Source of the DNA: Azolla caroliniana
Lineage: Eukaryota; Plantae; Polypodiophyta
Reading direction: 5' to 3'
Length of the DNA stretch: 64,000 nucleotides
NCBI GenBank assembly: GCA_043228905.1
Contig: JBHGNT010000011.1
Span: 18,662,001 to 18,726,000, forward strand
The translations under genes were made by a program, and so were the position numbers. The notes under the pieces were generated by a model that searched no databases, had not been told where the DNA came from, and worked only from the letters and a program-made list of their open reading frames with translations. This document shows, one piece after another, positions 13,914 to 27,656 of this stretch. Numbering within the stretch: position 1 is the first letter of the stretch; each line of letters opens with the position of its first letter.

Positions 13914-16853
13914 ATGGGCAGAGTTAAGCTTGCTATCAAGAAGATTGAAACCGCAGTAGGGAAGCAAGTCACCTATTCCAAACGCAGGGCTGGGTTGGAG
14001 AAGAAAGCCAAAGAGCTCGCAACTCTTTGCGATGTGGACCTCATACTCATCCTCTTCTCTCCTGCAGGCAAACTCAGCTGGATCAATGGTAGCAAAAGGT
14101 TTCTTTCTTTCTCTCTCTCTCTCTCTCCCCCTCTTCTTTGTTTCTCTAGTTAGGCAATAATTGGCGTGCTTAATGCATGTTTTGGACCCTACTTTATGCA
14201 AGAATCCATGTGCTATAAGCATCGTCTGGTCTCTTCTTTAGGCAAGAACCATATTGATAAGCTGCTGAAAGCTTACTTTGTTCCATAATCTCGGAAATAA
14301 TTCATGATACACACATTATTTGGTCTCTACTCTAGGAAAGAATTAATGCTATATTCATCATTTGAGTTGGTTCTACCCTTAGTGAAACATACAGGCTAAT
14401 ATGAATAATTTGAACTCTACTCTTAGACAAGAATCGATGCAAATATGCACAAATTGGTCACTATTCTTAGGCAGGATCCATGGTGTATGAATCATTTGGT
14501 CTGGCCTTTCTTCTTAGGGAAGAATCCATGTTGGTTAAGTGCTGCCTTACACGCATCATTTAACCTCTATTGAACAAGAATCCATGTTGATGAAACCGTT
14601 ATAAGTATCGTTTGGCCCATAATAATAGCAAAAAAGGAAAAATCCAGGCCTTCAACACGGAAACCCTGTTGACCTCCGATAAAGATATATGTAAACTGCT
14701 GGTTTCTTGTAGCAATGTTGGGAAGCCGGTAGATAACGTCTGGATTAAAAAAGTCTTTTTTTTGGAAAACCATCCATGATCTCTTAATGGAATTTGCATT
14801 ACAATTAGTGTCTAAGCCACTGCTATGTCAATTTGTTGATAACCAAGGTTCGTTTCTCTATGCAGTCCTCCAGATGAAGTCATCATGCGGTTTGCCAATC
14901 TCTCTCCTCAAGAACGGGCTAAAAGGTTTGTCTAATGCCTTTCCATGGTACCTTATCTTTTGCATAAGTAGATTTGATGCCTCTGAAGTACATAGATTGT
15001 TCAGTTTCTTGCCATATATCACACATATGTGTCAATGTTTCACGGCTGATGCTCTTTCCTGTTTTGCCTATGTCATCTGATTGGATCGCTACTTGTTCAG
15101 GAAAGTGGAAGCTCTGGAGGTAAATGCACACCTCAACTCTATATATTTTATTTTACCAGTCAAGTATCTTGTAACTTACAGGAAGCATGCCCTTACAGCA
15201 ACTCAAGCGCGTGTTTAAGAAGCTTGATCATGATGTCAATGTGGAGGAATACACACGGTAAGTATAAAAATATACTGATAAAGCTTCATGGAGTCATTTT
15301 TTGTGATACATGTCTGATTCTTGTCCTCTTTGTTATGCTTCGCATTATTGTTATGCCGAGTCACAGAACACCTGCCCAAAGTATAGAGGTAACAAAATAA
15401 AGTCAAATAAGTATGGGGTTTCATTTGAAGTTTAAATTAGTGGTTAATGAGGAGTCCTTAATATTACAGGAATTACAACACCATCTCCACACTCTACAGC
15501 TACAATACTTGCAATTACAAGAAAGCCTGAGGTATGTTCAGTTCTTTTGAGTCATGGGTAATGACTTGAACATGTTGTATTTCTGTGTGTAAGAAGTGGC
15601 ACGTGTAGTTTACTGATGCCAATGTGCATGCAGCATAGGTAAGTAAGTAACCATGTTTATGGAAGAAATTTGCCATCTATTTTTAACTGATTCAGATTTC
15701 TTCATTGTTTCCTTTTTTTTATAAGATTGTACGAGTCATACCAGACCATAGAAGAGGCAAATAAACTGGAGAACATTTTACAACACAGGCTTGAACAAGT
15801 TCATATGAGGAAGGTATATATCCTATAAAAGAGTGGTTCTTAGAGGTGCCTTATCATCATCTACAAGTTATGATCACAATAGTAATGCTGTATTTTCATG
15901 CAAATTTCTGGAATGACAATAGAAGGAATCTTCTGAATTTCCTGTTTGCTTTATAATGAACAGCAAATGCTTGAATCTAGTCATTGTATGGTCACTTACG
16001 AGCAGGGAGTTGAACAGGTAATAATTTTTGTGTAAGCAAACTTGATGTCTTCATATGCATTCATCTCAAACCATATCATTTGCAGATTTATCCAGGGCGC
16101 AGTATACCTTCCTCGTCACAATTAGATTTCTCAGCGGCATGGGGTGAGGCAGATAGTCGTAAACAGCCTTGTGCATTGGCCCTTGAGCATGAATCTAGTC
16201 CCATGTTCACGCACAGGTATTGCTTCAATTCCATTTGTTTACTTCTATATAATTAATCGAAGACTATATGTAGATCTAACCATATTAAAGTGTTACTTTC
16301 TAGATTGTTGATCTAATCATATTGGGATGACACTTTTTCTTAGGGATATCAACAATTCTGCAGAAAATTTACAAGGAAGTATGATGGGATGTGGCAACCA
16401 TTTGCAAGTTCCAAATCATATTTTTAATGGTATTAAGAAGATTGTTGATTTCGATACGAAAAGAGAGAACCTTGGACTAGAAGTGGAAGGCAACTGTAGT
16501 AGTGCAATGGACTATAATGGAAGGGAGAATATGGCATCAACATCAACATCAAGTGGGTTATCATTACATTGGATGGCAAACACAAATCAACTTTCATCCA
16601 ACAGCATGATGAGTACACAGCACCATGTCAGATCTCCATATCTCCAGGTATGAGTAAAACGCCTTTAATTGGATTTCACTATTTATTTGCGAGAAGTTGT
16701 AAGAGTACGTTACAACAAATAACATTGTTTTGGTATGGCAGCAAATGGATTTTGTTTCTAATGGGGCATTGCCATTACAAGGTCTATACAGAACCCAGAG
16801 CAGTTCTAACTGGTGACTTCAGCTCTCTTATAACAAGCGTAATGTCAAAATGA
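13914..16853 (+). CDS. MIKC*-type MADS-box transcription factor (P-clade-like, similar to AGL30/65/94); exons 13914-14098, 14866-14925, 15101-15119, 15199-15257, 15367-15388, 15470-15531, 15726-15813, 15964-16017, 16086-16216, 16344-16647, last exon uncertain (about 16782-16853)
   Basis: The MADS domain reads [53 protein letters not shown]. The spliced I-region [42 protein letters not shown] is diagnostic of MIKC*. GT-AG borders and phases are consistent through 16647. Confidence 0.9.
14150..14590. repeat. Degenerate minisatellite (unit about 45 bp, core TTAGGCAAGAATCCATG) in MADS intron 1
   Basis: Core variants near 14150, 14198, 14238, 14332, 14423, 14467, 14514 and 14573. Confidence 0.65.
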
Positions 16854-18354
16854 GTAGTTCCTTAACATGAGGTTGGATGTGGGATCAAATATGGTGTGTT
16901 GTATAACCTGAGGATTGCCAAGTTTTTTCCCTCAATGTCAATATGGTGGTGTTGCTCCTTTGGACTCTTGTTATATTGTCGAGATGGTACTCTTAAAGCA
17001 TATACCTAATGCTTCGCCTGTTCTTTATGGCATGGGAGTACATATATTTTCCCCCTCTGCCTTGAGAAATGCATAAATATTTGCTTCAGAAAACCATCCA
17101 TCCACCCAGGAACTGGGGGCGAGACTAAATTGTTTGATTTGTTCAAATGGGGTCCACCCATTTCTGTCTACTTATGCCATAAAACTAGAGATGAAATTTG
17201 TCTCAAAACCGGAGTTTATGTGTACTTATCATTGTTTTACCTGTGATGGGTATGTTAAACATCTACAAGTTCGATTTACTGCCTATCCTTTTGACATGTT
17301 CACATGTCAAGTGACCTGTTTGATAAACCATTTTTCTCTTCATAATTGAAGAGAAAACTCCCCTTTTATGCTTGAACGTCTTTTAGTTTTCTGATGCCGT
17401 GTATGTACTTCCATCATTGAAAATGCTGATGTCCCTCTGTCATCGAGTAAAACACTGATTCATTGTAGTTCTTGCTCTTTGTCCACTTGAACCATATTTC
17501 TGATTCTACTTTAAATTACCATTTTGAACTATCTGGAATGCCCTAGTAATTCTCACAAGGCATATTTTAGTGATGGACATCATCTCATTCGTTTCTGTAG
17601 GCTTCATTTTTTAGAGTTTTTGCTTCGGCTAGTGCAAATAGTAACACCCTTACCGACACCCAATCAGGGCTTGCAAGTAAAAACCACCGTTTTTTACAGT
17701 TCCATTTTTCGCATGCACCTGTTATTCGCATACAAATACTGACTGCAATGTGAAGAAATACTTATTTATGTACTATTAGGACATTTCCTTCCACTTGAGA
17801 GACAATGTTATATAGATTATATACCAATAGATGCACATTCTATCAAAGTAATGAAAAGACTTCCAAGACCCATGTGATGATACATGCTAGCCATTGATTC
17901 AAAAGCTTAAAAACCTTGAATATACTGTGTTTTGAAACTGATTCCAAGACCCACGCAATGAGAGGCATTGATTCAAAACCTTAAAAGCCTTGAATATACT
18001 GTGTATTGGAACTGAACACAACAAAAAACTTGAATATACTGCATTACAACTGACTGAACACAACATTTAGTAACAAATGAGTAAAAAAAATCAAATTTGC
18101 GTGAAATATTCACAAACATTTGAATCCAAGCATCGTGTTCACGTATATACATGTTCAATACTTAAAAATAGGTATATATAAGTATCAAGAGTTCAATCAC
18201 TCCATCAAATGACGGAAAGAAAGTAGGAAACCTTACTAGGATGTCAACTCTAGTTTCATTTTTCCACAAAACATTACTGAAATGGAACCAAAAACTCGAA
18301 AAGCCCACCATACATATCAGATGGAATACAGACTACGCAAACCACGTTCTAAAT

Positions 18355-19432
18355 TCACTCATGCTGATGATGTTCTCCCGATTCATCTTCACTACTACTG
18401 CTACTTCCAGACTGTTCATCCTTCCCTTCACCACCGGGGGCGTGTTTCTTTTTGCGAGACCTCACCTTCTGCAGGGTCTCATGTACCTTGTGTTTTAGTT
18501 TCTCCATAGGGCCAAGGTGGTGATGATGTGGAGAGTCGGATGATGTTGGAGATTGTGTTGGTACAACCGATTCGTGAGAATTATTGGTAGTTACCATCAC
18601 TGGCACCCTATTATTGGTAGTTACCATCACTGGCACCCTCTTTGTGTCGGGATCTTGCATATGTTGTTGCTTCATATCAATGTCATTCCTCTCCTTCAGT
18701 CCCAACTCACCCTCAGCATACTCTTTCATATCTCCATATCCTGCACCTGTACCTGGAATTGGAAGTACATTATGGTTTCAATCATAAGGTCAACACACTT
18801 CTAAGTTAAAATATATGTGGTTGGGTTCAAACATTGACAGTGGATATTTCATTCAAGCAAAAATATGTGGTTCACACATGTCATCAGTTAATGGTTAAAG
18901 ATATTATGTATTTCAACATATGTAGCTAGAAGATATCAGTGTACATACATTCAGTCCTTAGTACACAAACACGTACGTTTCTGACATATCAGTTAACTCA
19001 TCCAACACTACATATTTTTCATATATCAATGTATCATGGTTCACCTGTCAATCAATATATCTCAAAACTTCAGATGTGCATTAATTTTAATGCAGCACCG
19101 CTTGACCATGCTCCATATATGTATGGATTTTCACACGTTAGTTAAACACATGTCAACTCCATAGATGTACAGATTCTCAGACATATTAATTACGTTAAAC
19201 TCCATGTATGTATCAGTTTCTATATGTTAAACCACATGTATGTATCTGTTTCTCAGACATAGGTTAAACTCCATACGTGTACACACATCAACTGAACACA
19301 TGCAACCTTCACATCTGAATGAATTCTACATCAGTCAAACACATGCCACAATCAGGAATATTGTGTTTCTGAAGACGATCACGGCAAACTTAACAGAACA
19401 CAGGACCATATATCATAAACATGCATCGCTGG

Positions 19433-19466
<34 letters not shown>

Positions 19467-20066
19467 GGGCACGTCAACGACATCACCAAAGATGGAAGAC
19501 AAAACAAACTATGATATTAATGAAGATACAATTAGAATATGATATAGAAGCCTATGAAAGAGGCTACCATGTATAGATGCACTGAATTTCAATGCCGTCA
19601 CTGAAGGTGGTAACTAAAATGATCTATAATATTCATGAAATTACAACAAGAATAAAAGGTATAGGAAGCTGAAACAGCTGGCATGCCTTACTGTGCCATC
19701 ATAAACATATTATTTACACAAAGTAGATTAATGGAACGAAAGATGATGATGAGAACTATAAACCAATGTACTACAGTGGCTATCATTACTATGCAAACTA
19801 ACACAAGCACACTGCACACAAGACGAATTGCAGAACATAGGAAGATAACAATTAAAACCTTCCACTACTGTTTTATATATGGACGATGATGTTATCGACG
19901 ATCCTGATTCTTTCTTCGAATCATCATCTACGTGTGATACAGGTGTGGAACCTTGGACTGTCGCCATTTCTTCACGCCTCATCTGCTGTTGTTGCTGCTG
20001 TGGGGACTCTTCTCCATCATGGTGGGAATGATGATGATGAATCAATTTCCCAAACAAGGAATCCAT
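18355..20066 (-). CDS. KS-type dehydrin-like hydrophilic protein; exons 20066-19859 and 18752-18355
   Basis: A phase-1 GT donor (GAAG|GTTTT) joins in frame to CCAG|GTACAG, giving MDSLFGKLIHHHHSHH...VVEGTGAGYGDMKEY...GPMEKLKHKVHETLQKVRSRKKKH...SGSSSSSEDESGEHHQHE*. The K-like segment, Lys tract, C-terminal S-segment and His richness follow the KS-dehydrin order. Confidence 0.7.
18581..18640. repeat. 30-bp in-frame tandem duplication (RVPVMVTTNN x2) in the dehydrin-like CDS
   Basis: TTATTGGTAGTTACCATCACTGGCACCCT occurs twice, back to back. Confidence 0.95.
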
Positions 20067-20236
20067 GGAACCTTACACCTGATGTAAGAACACTAAAACA
20101 ACCTATTATATCTTATATATGTAGATACATATATATACAAATCACATCATCATCATCATCTTTTGCTTTCCTAAATTTCTGAGGATTCATGCTGATCTGC
20201 AATTTTTCTTTTTTGTTTTGCATCTCTGTGTGAACC

Positions 20237-20530
20237 CCGACTCTCAGGGGGGAACACATAAGGAAACAGAGCACGTGTCGGCACCTGAAGCTTGCTTGGC
20301 CTCTGTGTGTGGGGGCAGGTCCATTAGATTCCTGCCTAATGCCTTCCGTGTGTAACCAGCCATAGAGAAAGCCCTTTGGGACGTGTTGAGTGTGAACACG
20401 CTCCGCCCGACCAATCTGTATCGTGCATGTCTCACTATGTATGTCATATCTTTTGTAGCTCTGGTGTCGGGGAGCTTGTAGGAATCTGCGACGGCTCGGC
20501 TCAAGCCTGAACCGAAGGAATTGAACACGT
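20237..20530 (-). promoter_or_regulatory. ABRE/G-box and DRE/CRT motif cluster upstream of the dehydrin-like gene
   Basis: CACGTGTC at 20272-20279 overlaps GCCGAC (minus strand) at 20277-20282. Further ACGTGT cores at 20381 and 20525, and CCGAC cores at 20237, 20407 and 20466. Confidence 0.6.
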
Positions 20531-20664
20531 AGTGTTAGCAACTTTTAGCAAAATCACCTACGAGAATCGTGGAGATGTTTATATGTCATTGATGAAATAA
20601 GTAAGTAGCCTCATTCTCTATGTTTAGTTTGACACCAATAAATTTTCCATTTTATGGTAGTTTG

Positions 20665-20830
20665 GAGGTTCCAAACCAATTAAGGCATAATTGGCTTGGC
20701 TAAACCGGTTTAGGATGAACCGATTTGGCCAAACTAGTTAGCCTTAATCGGTTTGGGATATGGCTCGATTCATGTTTGGAAACTCCCAAACCAGTTAAGG
20801 CTTGTTTAAACCGGTTAAGCCGACACCAAG
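20665..20830. mobile_element. MITE-like fold-back remnant
   Basis: CCAAACCAATTAAGGC (20671) has an inverted copy GCCTTAATCGGTTTGG (20740) and a direct copy CCAAACCAGTTAAGGC (20786). Subrepeats are AAACCG-rich. Confidence 0.45.
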
Positions 20831-23800
20831 CCGTTGTCAATTCCCATCTGTCAACACTACGCCTACCTCTCCTCTTACCTTTTATCCGAGTGCCTCTTGG
20901 ACACCCACCTTTCATCCGTGCAAGTATTATCGGTGTTCACTAGAATATGGAGATCTTGATGGGTTGGTTTGGAAGGGGGTGGGGGGAAGTGACTTTGGCT
21001 AAATGTAGTGTCAAACTTGACCCTACAACATGGATATATACAATTCACACATGTATGTATATAATTTCACATCTAAACATCGACCATGCAAACAAATTAA
21101 GTTAGTGAGGAAGCTAAACAGAAGAAGCAACTTCCCCATCACTAAGGAGGATGACTTCAACCAAAATGGTCACAACCATATTTGCAACACGGATGCCGAA
21201 GAAGAGTATAAAATGTTGAAATATTGGGGATCTTTCCAATTACAAGTAATATGATATAATTATGATAATGATATAAATATACCTTTAGCCACTCCCCTAA
21301 TGTAGAACTCTATATCAATGACATGTCATTCTTATCGTGATTTTGACTCCATCCTATATGTGTACAATGATACATTGTGTGTTGGAGATGGGATGTAATC
21401 TCGTTTCCCATTATGTGTTGAAGTCATTCTTTGACAGGCAATAGTGGGTGGATTGATTATCTTTGGAAGCAGCTTTAGCTTTAAAACATCAATATGTTTT
21501 AGGCAAATTGGAATGGCAATTCGCCCCTATAGTGGGTTCACTTAGGGGGTAAGAGCTTAGACGTACCATGTGCCCATCATGTAAAGTAGTGTTTCACTAC
21601 CTTAGGTATTAAGGTCTATAGTGCAACTCAAGTACGATAAATGGGTTCTTGTTTTATGTTCTCCATGGAGTGTCGTTCCAAGTATATTGACTAAAAGGAA
21701 AGTTGAATTGACATTTGTGGAAATTTAGCTTTTCAAGCACCTTGTCCTCATAGGAATTGCCTTTAAATAATCTAGTTTTACAACATCTTTGAGTGTTTAC
21801 CTCCCTATAAAATCCTTATTATTGTAAGGAAAATAAGAGTTTTTATTAATATGTTATGTTTGTTTAATATATGGACTAATTTTAAGACAAAGATTTGTTT
21901 GATTGACGCCTCTTGAGGTCAAATATGACCTATGAGACCAAAAATATAATCTTTTCATGTAGTACATGTGAAAGTGAGCTGTGATTCTCAATGCTCAAGA
22001 ACTTCATGAATGTTGTCTTTCTTGAGAGTACACACTATGATTGTGGGAGAAATTTGTGCAAGGATTGGGTTGGGTAGAAGCTTGGCATAGTCAAATGTAG
22101 TGAAAGGCAAAGCATTGTATCAAAGTGTGATACGCAAACCCTCATATTTATTTAGAGTGAAATAGGGATGGTCACTAGTCTCATCACTTGTGCCCTTATG
22201 CCCTTACGCCCTGCATATCGTCTCACATTGGGGAGAGAGAGAGAGGTTCCATTATCATCTTCGAAGGTCAAATATGACTTATGAGACCAAAAAATATTAC
22301 ATTTCACATCTATGAGGAATCCAATTTGACCAATAAGACCTAATCAACATATCACCTTGTATGTGACTCATTCCTGAGAAGGGAGATTAATATTTTGTAG
22401 AAAAACTCTCTATGTGAAAATATTGCACGCACATATATCCTCACACTTCTTGGTGGAATTATCATGCAAATTACTCTAGTGGAGCTCACATTATGGTGGG
22501 GGAGAGAGTGAGAGAGAGCCACGAATTGAAACATATACAACTAAAACCAAGCTTCATATTCCAAGAAATTGCTAAGTTATATGGTCCCCATTGCGAGAAA
22601 CTAGAGCTTTGCAATACCTGATTCCATATTTGATTAAGACTACGCATGAGGTAGTTTGGATATTTGCCTGTTGTAAAAGCTTGCCAAAGTAAAAACACGT
22701 TATGCATATTATATATTAATTGCTAAACATGCATAGATTGTAGAACGGGTTCATAAAGAATGAGAACTCCAAAAGGTCTAATAGTTGGCAATTTGTGATG
22801 CACTTTGGGTGGAAATTTGTTCTTCCTTTCAAAGCTAAGGTATTTATTTTAGAGGGTTAAGGTGGATGGATTATCTCTAAGAGTTGCTTTCCAACAAAAA
22901 AGTATCATTCATGGATTGTGGTTTTTTTGCACGATCTCAAAGGGACATATTATCAATTGTTTGATCACAAATTTTATTCAGGATTTTGTATGTACAATGT
23001 GGGCTTTGTTAATTGGAGTGTCAAACGGGCTTTGCTCGGGGAATGTTAGGAATGCCTCTTTGCATTTTTAGGTTGTGTCTAAGTTTCTCAAGTATTAGAA
23101 GCTACATTACATTACCATATGTGGAATGCCTTCATTGTTGAAGTTCGAACGGGGTTCATCTACACAATTCAGCGATTTTAATGAATGTTGCTATGGCATT
23201 TCTCCTTGTTAGAGACTTCAATTTTCAGGGAATGACACAATAGGAAATAGGTAGATTCCTTATGGGTTTTGTGGTAAGTCAATAGGAAAATGTATGCCAA
23301 CCAATTGTAGTCCTACTTTTCGTAATTATTACATTACCACTTCCAAAAAAAGTTAAAGACATACAAAGCTGTCGTGGTCTATTGTAGGGACATTAAGTTT
23401 TTTTTTGTATATTTGTGTTGTTTTTTTTCCACCAAAAATTCAGCAACCCTCACTCTGGCCTTCTCACCAAAGTGGACATAGTCCCCACCTCATTTTCAAG
23501 AAAAGTATCCAAACAACTCCTACAACCTAGTAATTTGTACCATTTCTATACATAGTTACAGCACCGGGGCACTGATGGAAGCCATTGGGGGAAATAGCCA
23601 TCGGGGCTTGGTAGTTCCATTCAGGCCCTGATGATGATCTGCCCACCATGGATAAGTTTATGTTCATACCAGGAGCCATCGCCATTGTCTTATTCTAAGT
23701 AGAATAGCATTGTTTTTACATTTTGGTATTTCTTGTTGTTCTAAAACGTTATTATCACTTTTCACTATGAGAAACCATATACTTCATGAGTCATGACCAT

Positions 23801-25892
23801 TTTCATTCTCATTTTATAACCTTGTTCTACTTGATGTGTTGGAGTGTCATGTGACTCTTTTCAAGTTTGGTTTTAACTTCATCTGTCTAGAATTAGCTAT
23901 GGTAGACATAGTTACCTTAAGAGATAGATACATTAGAAAAAATTGTCTACATCGTTACATGTTCCTATAAATATATCACAACGAGTCAAAATCATCAACA
24001 TACATATCTTATAAACAACCACCAAAACCTGTCTTTCCATACACAAACTATTTTATAACAATTTATCAGTATTTTTCTCGAGACATTTTATTTTTGTACG
24101 TCCCTTTCTATGGCATCATGATATGTCTTGTATACACCAAACATGTAAGGCACAATTTGAAGGCATTATCTCTCGAGCTATGTGTAGTAGCAGTATTTTA
24201 CTATTTAAACATTCATTTGAAATTATTATTTTTTGCTTCTTCATTATTTTGATTATAAACGCCATGATAAAATCAACACATTCACTCGAGAAAACCATCG
24301 ATCAAGTATGACAGGATGCATAATTATGAGCCACCATGTTGCGATAATGATGTCCGTGTACATTGCACAAGTATGTTATCATACAAGCAAAATAATATAT
24401 ATATTTTTTAAGACCCTTGCAAGAGCCCATGAGAATATTTGTCCCCTAACGAACTAAAGCACGTGCATTGTGACCTCCTTGTCAATTGCCTTGCCTATAT
24501 GCGTGCCTATCTTTTTGCCCACTTCTCGCTCATTTAAATAACCATTTCCTTCAATTTTCCAAAATCTCTCCATGTCTTCTCTTTATCTCAATCTATTAGC
24601 AAACTTTCATGTGTTTTTTTTTCCATATTTGCACTACATTTCTCATCCAAGGTTAACCATATGGGTTGATATGTTTGTCATGGATAAAAATAGCTAGATA
24701 CCAATTTAAGTACGTCCATTCCATTCAATGATCAGCATAACTTTTCATGACTCACAAAAACGCATATTTCCCAACGGAGTAAACATCACAATTTCTGCCT
24801 TTAGAAAATAAGTAATAATTGTGTTGATAACCTTATAATAGTATATTGATTGTATCTTTAGAAATCTGGTATATCATAGTGGAGAATGATGCATTCAACC
24901 AAATAATGATTGACGCCCTTATGGATTTGTGACTCGTAATATCTGTGGATTAAAAAAATGATAATGATAGAACAACGGTGTTAGTATGTTAAATGAAAAA
25001 GTGCATCGATGTAGATGTCTAATGAATTCAAATTGGGGATCAGAGATGCATAAGAGAGAATGGAAAAGTTGTGAAAGTGATTTAGAAATTAGGATGAAGT
25101 GGATATTTTTGCTATGATGGTTTGTGAATTTACTTAGAGTACAACTCATCTACAATCTGCGCAATCCATCTCCCACTCAAATTTTCACCTCGGGAAGAGT
25201 TTCAAACATTCATAACATTGTGCTCAAGGTGATTTTGTACAATAGTAATATTATTCTATGGATTTGGAGTTGGGATTCCGCACTAATAATGTGAGATATA
25301 ACAAAGGAAATGTAAGGAAGAGTGTATGTTTGTGGAAGAAAGAGTGTGTTACTAAAAGATAAGCTATGGTTTGATGAGAAGGTGGAGAGTTGGCAAACTA
25401 GCAAAGAAAAGGAGGGGCACAATAAGCCAAAAGGGAGGTAGGAAAGGTTTTATTGGAAGAGTATTCCTCGCATCCACATATATAAGCATTGTGTGTGTGT
25501 GGGCGCGTGCTCATGCACAAAGCACACACACACATGTATGTATGTCTGTATGAGAAGAGAGTGAGAGTGAGAGAGATTGTGTTGGTGTTTGTGTTTGTGT
25601 TATCCCCAAACACAAAAGTAAAAGTAACGTGTATGTGGAGTCTGCAAAGCACATTGGAAATGTTGTGCTTTTAACTTGACAACAAATGAGGAGAGAAGGG
25701 AGGAGGGAAAAGAAGGAACCGCATTATTATAGATGTAAGTGAAATGAGAAATCTCCCTAGGTAACCCACTCCATTAGGTAGGATAGTTTTAGTAAAGAGG
25801 CATAGTTCCAAGATTTAGGTACTGAATCATTTGGGTATGGTAGTTTTTAAAAAACAAAGAATGTGTGTTGTGTGTCTTTGACCCCCTCTCAT

Positions 25893-26122
25893 TGTTAGTG
25901 TCTGACTAATTCATTAAGCAAAACACACAAAATGTAGACCAAAGAAAGTAAAGAGGGGCACAAGACCATCCGACCACTCCATAGTGACGGCGGCATGAGA
26001 CAAACTCGAACCCCTCGATGTCCCATACCATCAAGGGTTGACGTGAGCCATACCTTGGGTTCGACAAGGATTGCATGTGCTTAACTAACAAGAACCACAA
26101 CCACACTTATAGAGTCTTAACA
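25893..26122. mobile_element. Possible solo LTR or TRIM fragment
   Basis: A GC-richer segment of about 230 bp bounded by TGTTA...TAACA. No clear TSD. Confidence 0.3.
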
Positions 26123-26219
26123 TAAGTAAAGCCTCCTTGAAAAGAAAGTAGATAGCCTTATATAGGCAGAAACCATAGGCATTGGAGTGTTCACACTTGA
26201 CTACTTTATATGAAGTGGT

Positions 26220-26367
26220 CAAGTGATAGCACACTTAATAGTTATCTCACATTGTAGAATTGAATGTTACAATTCATACTCTTGTTCCTTTCCCAAGTGA
26301 TAACACTCTTAATAGTTATCTCACACTCTAGAATTCAATATCACAATGCATACCCTCATTCCTTTCA
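26220..26367. repeat. Tandem duplication, about 74 bp x2
   Basis: CAAGTGATA(G/A)CAC(A/T)CTTAATAGTTATCTCACA.. occurs twice. Confidence 0.8.
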
Positions 26368-26563
26368 GAATTAACCCACACATAGTTATCATAAGATTAG
26401 GGAAAACTATGGAAAACCTATCTCATGATCAATTATAGTTATGCACATAGCCGTCATTCACCAAAATTTTGGCTTTTTTAGAAGATGAGAGACATTCGCA
26501 AAGTTAATGTCTCATTTGGTCTTAAAGGCAAGCGTATGTATTTCTGCATAAGTTGAGGTAATT

Positions 26564-26577
26564 GAGAGAGAGAGAGA

Positions 26578-26619
<42 letters not shown>
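26564..26619. repeat. (GA)n microsatellite
   Basis: Directly visible. Confidence 0.9.
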
Positions 26620-26623
<4 letters not shown>

Positions 26624-27369
26624 AAAACAACCAATGTAAGGATAGAGGTATGTACATATATCAGTGGGTAGGTGGGTTTGAGAGAGGGAGAGATCTTCTA
26701 AGTGATGAGGTTGGCATTTGCATATCCCCATCGTTGCAACTTGTATACGTGAATGTGCATGTTGTTGACCTATTGTTCATCGATGGGGTAGTTAGTTGAA
26801 CTTGTGGGCTAGCCATTTAAGATGGACTATTTTTTTCATGGAGCGAGAAATGAACACGTTTTCATTTCTCCACGAATATAATAACACGTCATCGGTCATT
26901 TCTCTCTCCAACAATAATATAGTGCCACATCATCTACCTCATATTTATGGATGCACCATGTGAATCCAAAAGCTCAGACAACCCATCTAAAACTTACAGG
27001 ACAACATGACGAGCCGTATCAGTATCGCCAAAAACTTCACAGAGGTGAACAAATTGTCCCCCCCTAGAAGGACTATGAAAGGCCGGGAGGGGATGGAAAA
27101 GAGATCAATGGTCACGCGTGATGGACACCGACAGAGCAGGGAGAGGGATCGTTTTCCATGACGATCCTTCGTTCAGGGGGCAATGGCAAGTGTGTGCGGG
27201 GCCTGTGCTTTTTCGTATCCACATGTTCAATGGGGGCGTGTGTTCGTGGGCGCACCTCGACAAAGTTCGGGCGGCCGTAAAGATTGCCATCCGGCCGGCC
27301 ATTGGAAGAGTAACCAAGGCCCTAATAGTGTCCCACAGGGAAGTGATGCATCTCAAGCCTATACACAAA

Positions 27370-27429
27370 ACATACATATACATATAGTGTATCATATATT
27401 GTATCATATACATATACATATACATATAC

Positions 27430-27468
<39 letters not shown>

Positions 27469-27559
27469 TACACACATACACATACACATACACATACATA
27501 TATACACATACACATATACATATACATACACATATATACATATACATATACACATACAC

Positions 27560-27656
<97 letters not shown>

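Noticed and set aside
14150-14590. CRISPR-like repeat-spacer appearance
   Set aside because: The context is a eukaryotic intron, the repeats are degenerate, the spacers are related to each other, and there are no cas genes.
15609-15638. Possible extra MADS exon ending in AG|GTAAGT
   Set aside because: The flanking exons already join in frame to give a homologous K region, so it is not needed. Alternative use is not excluded.
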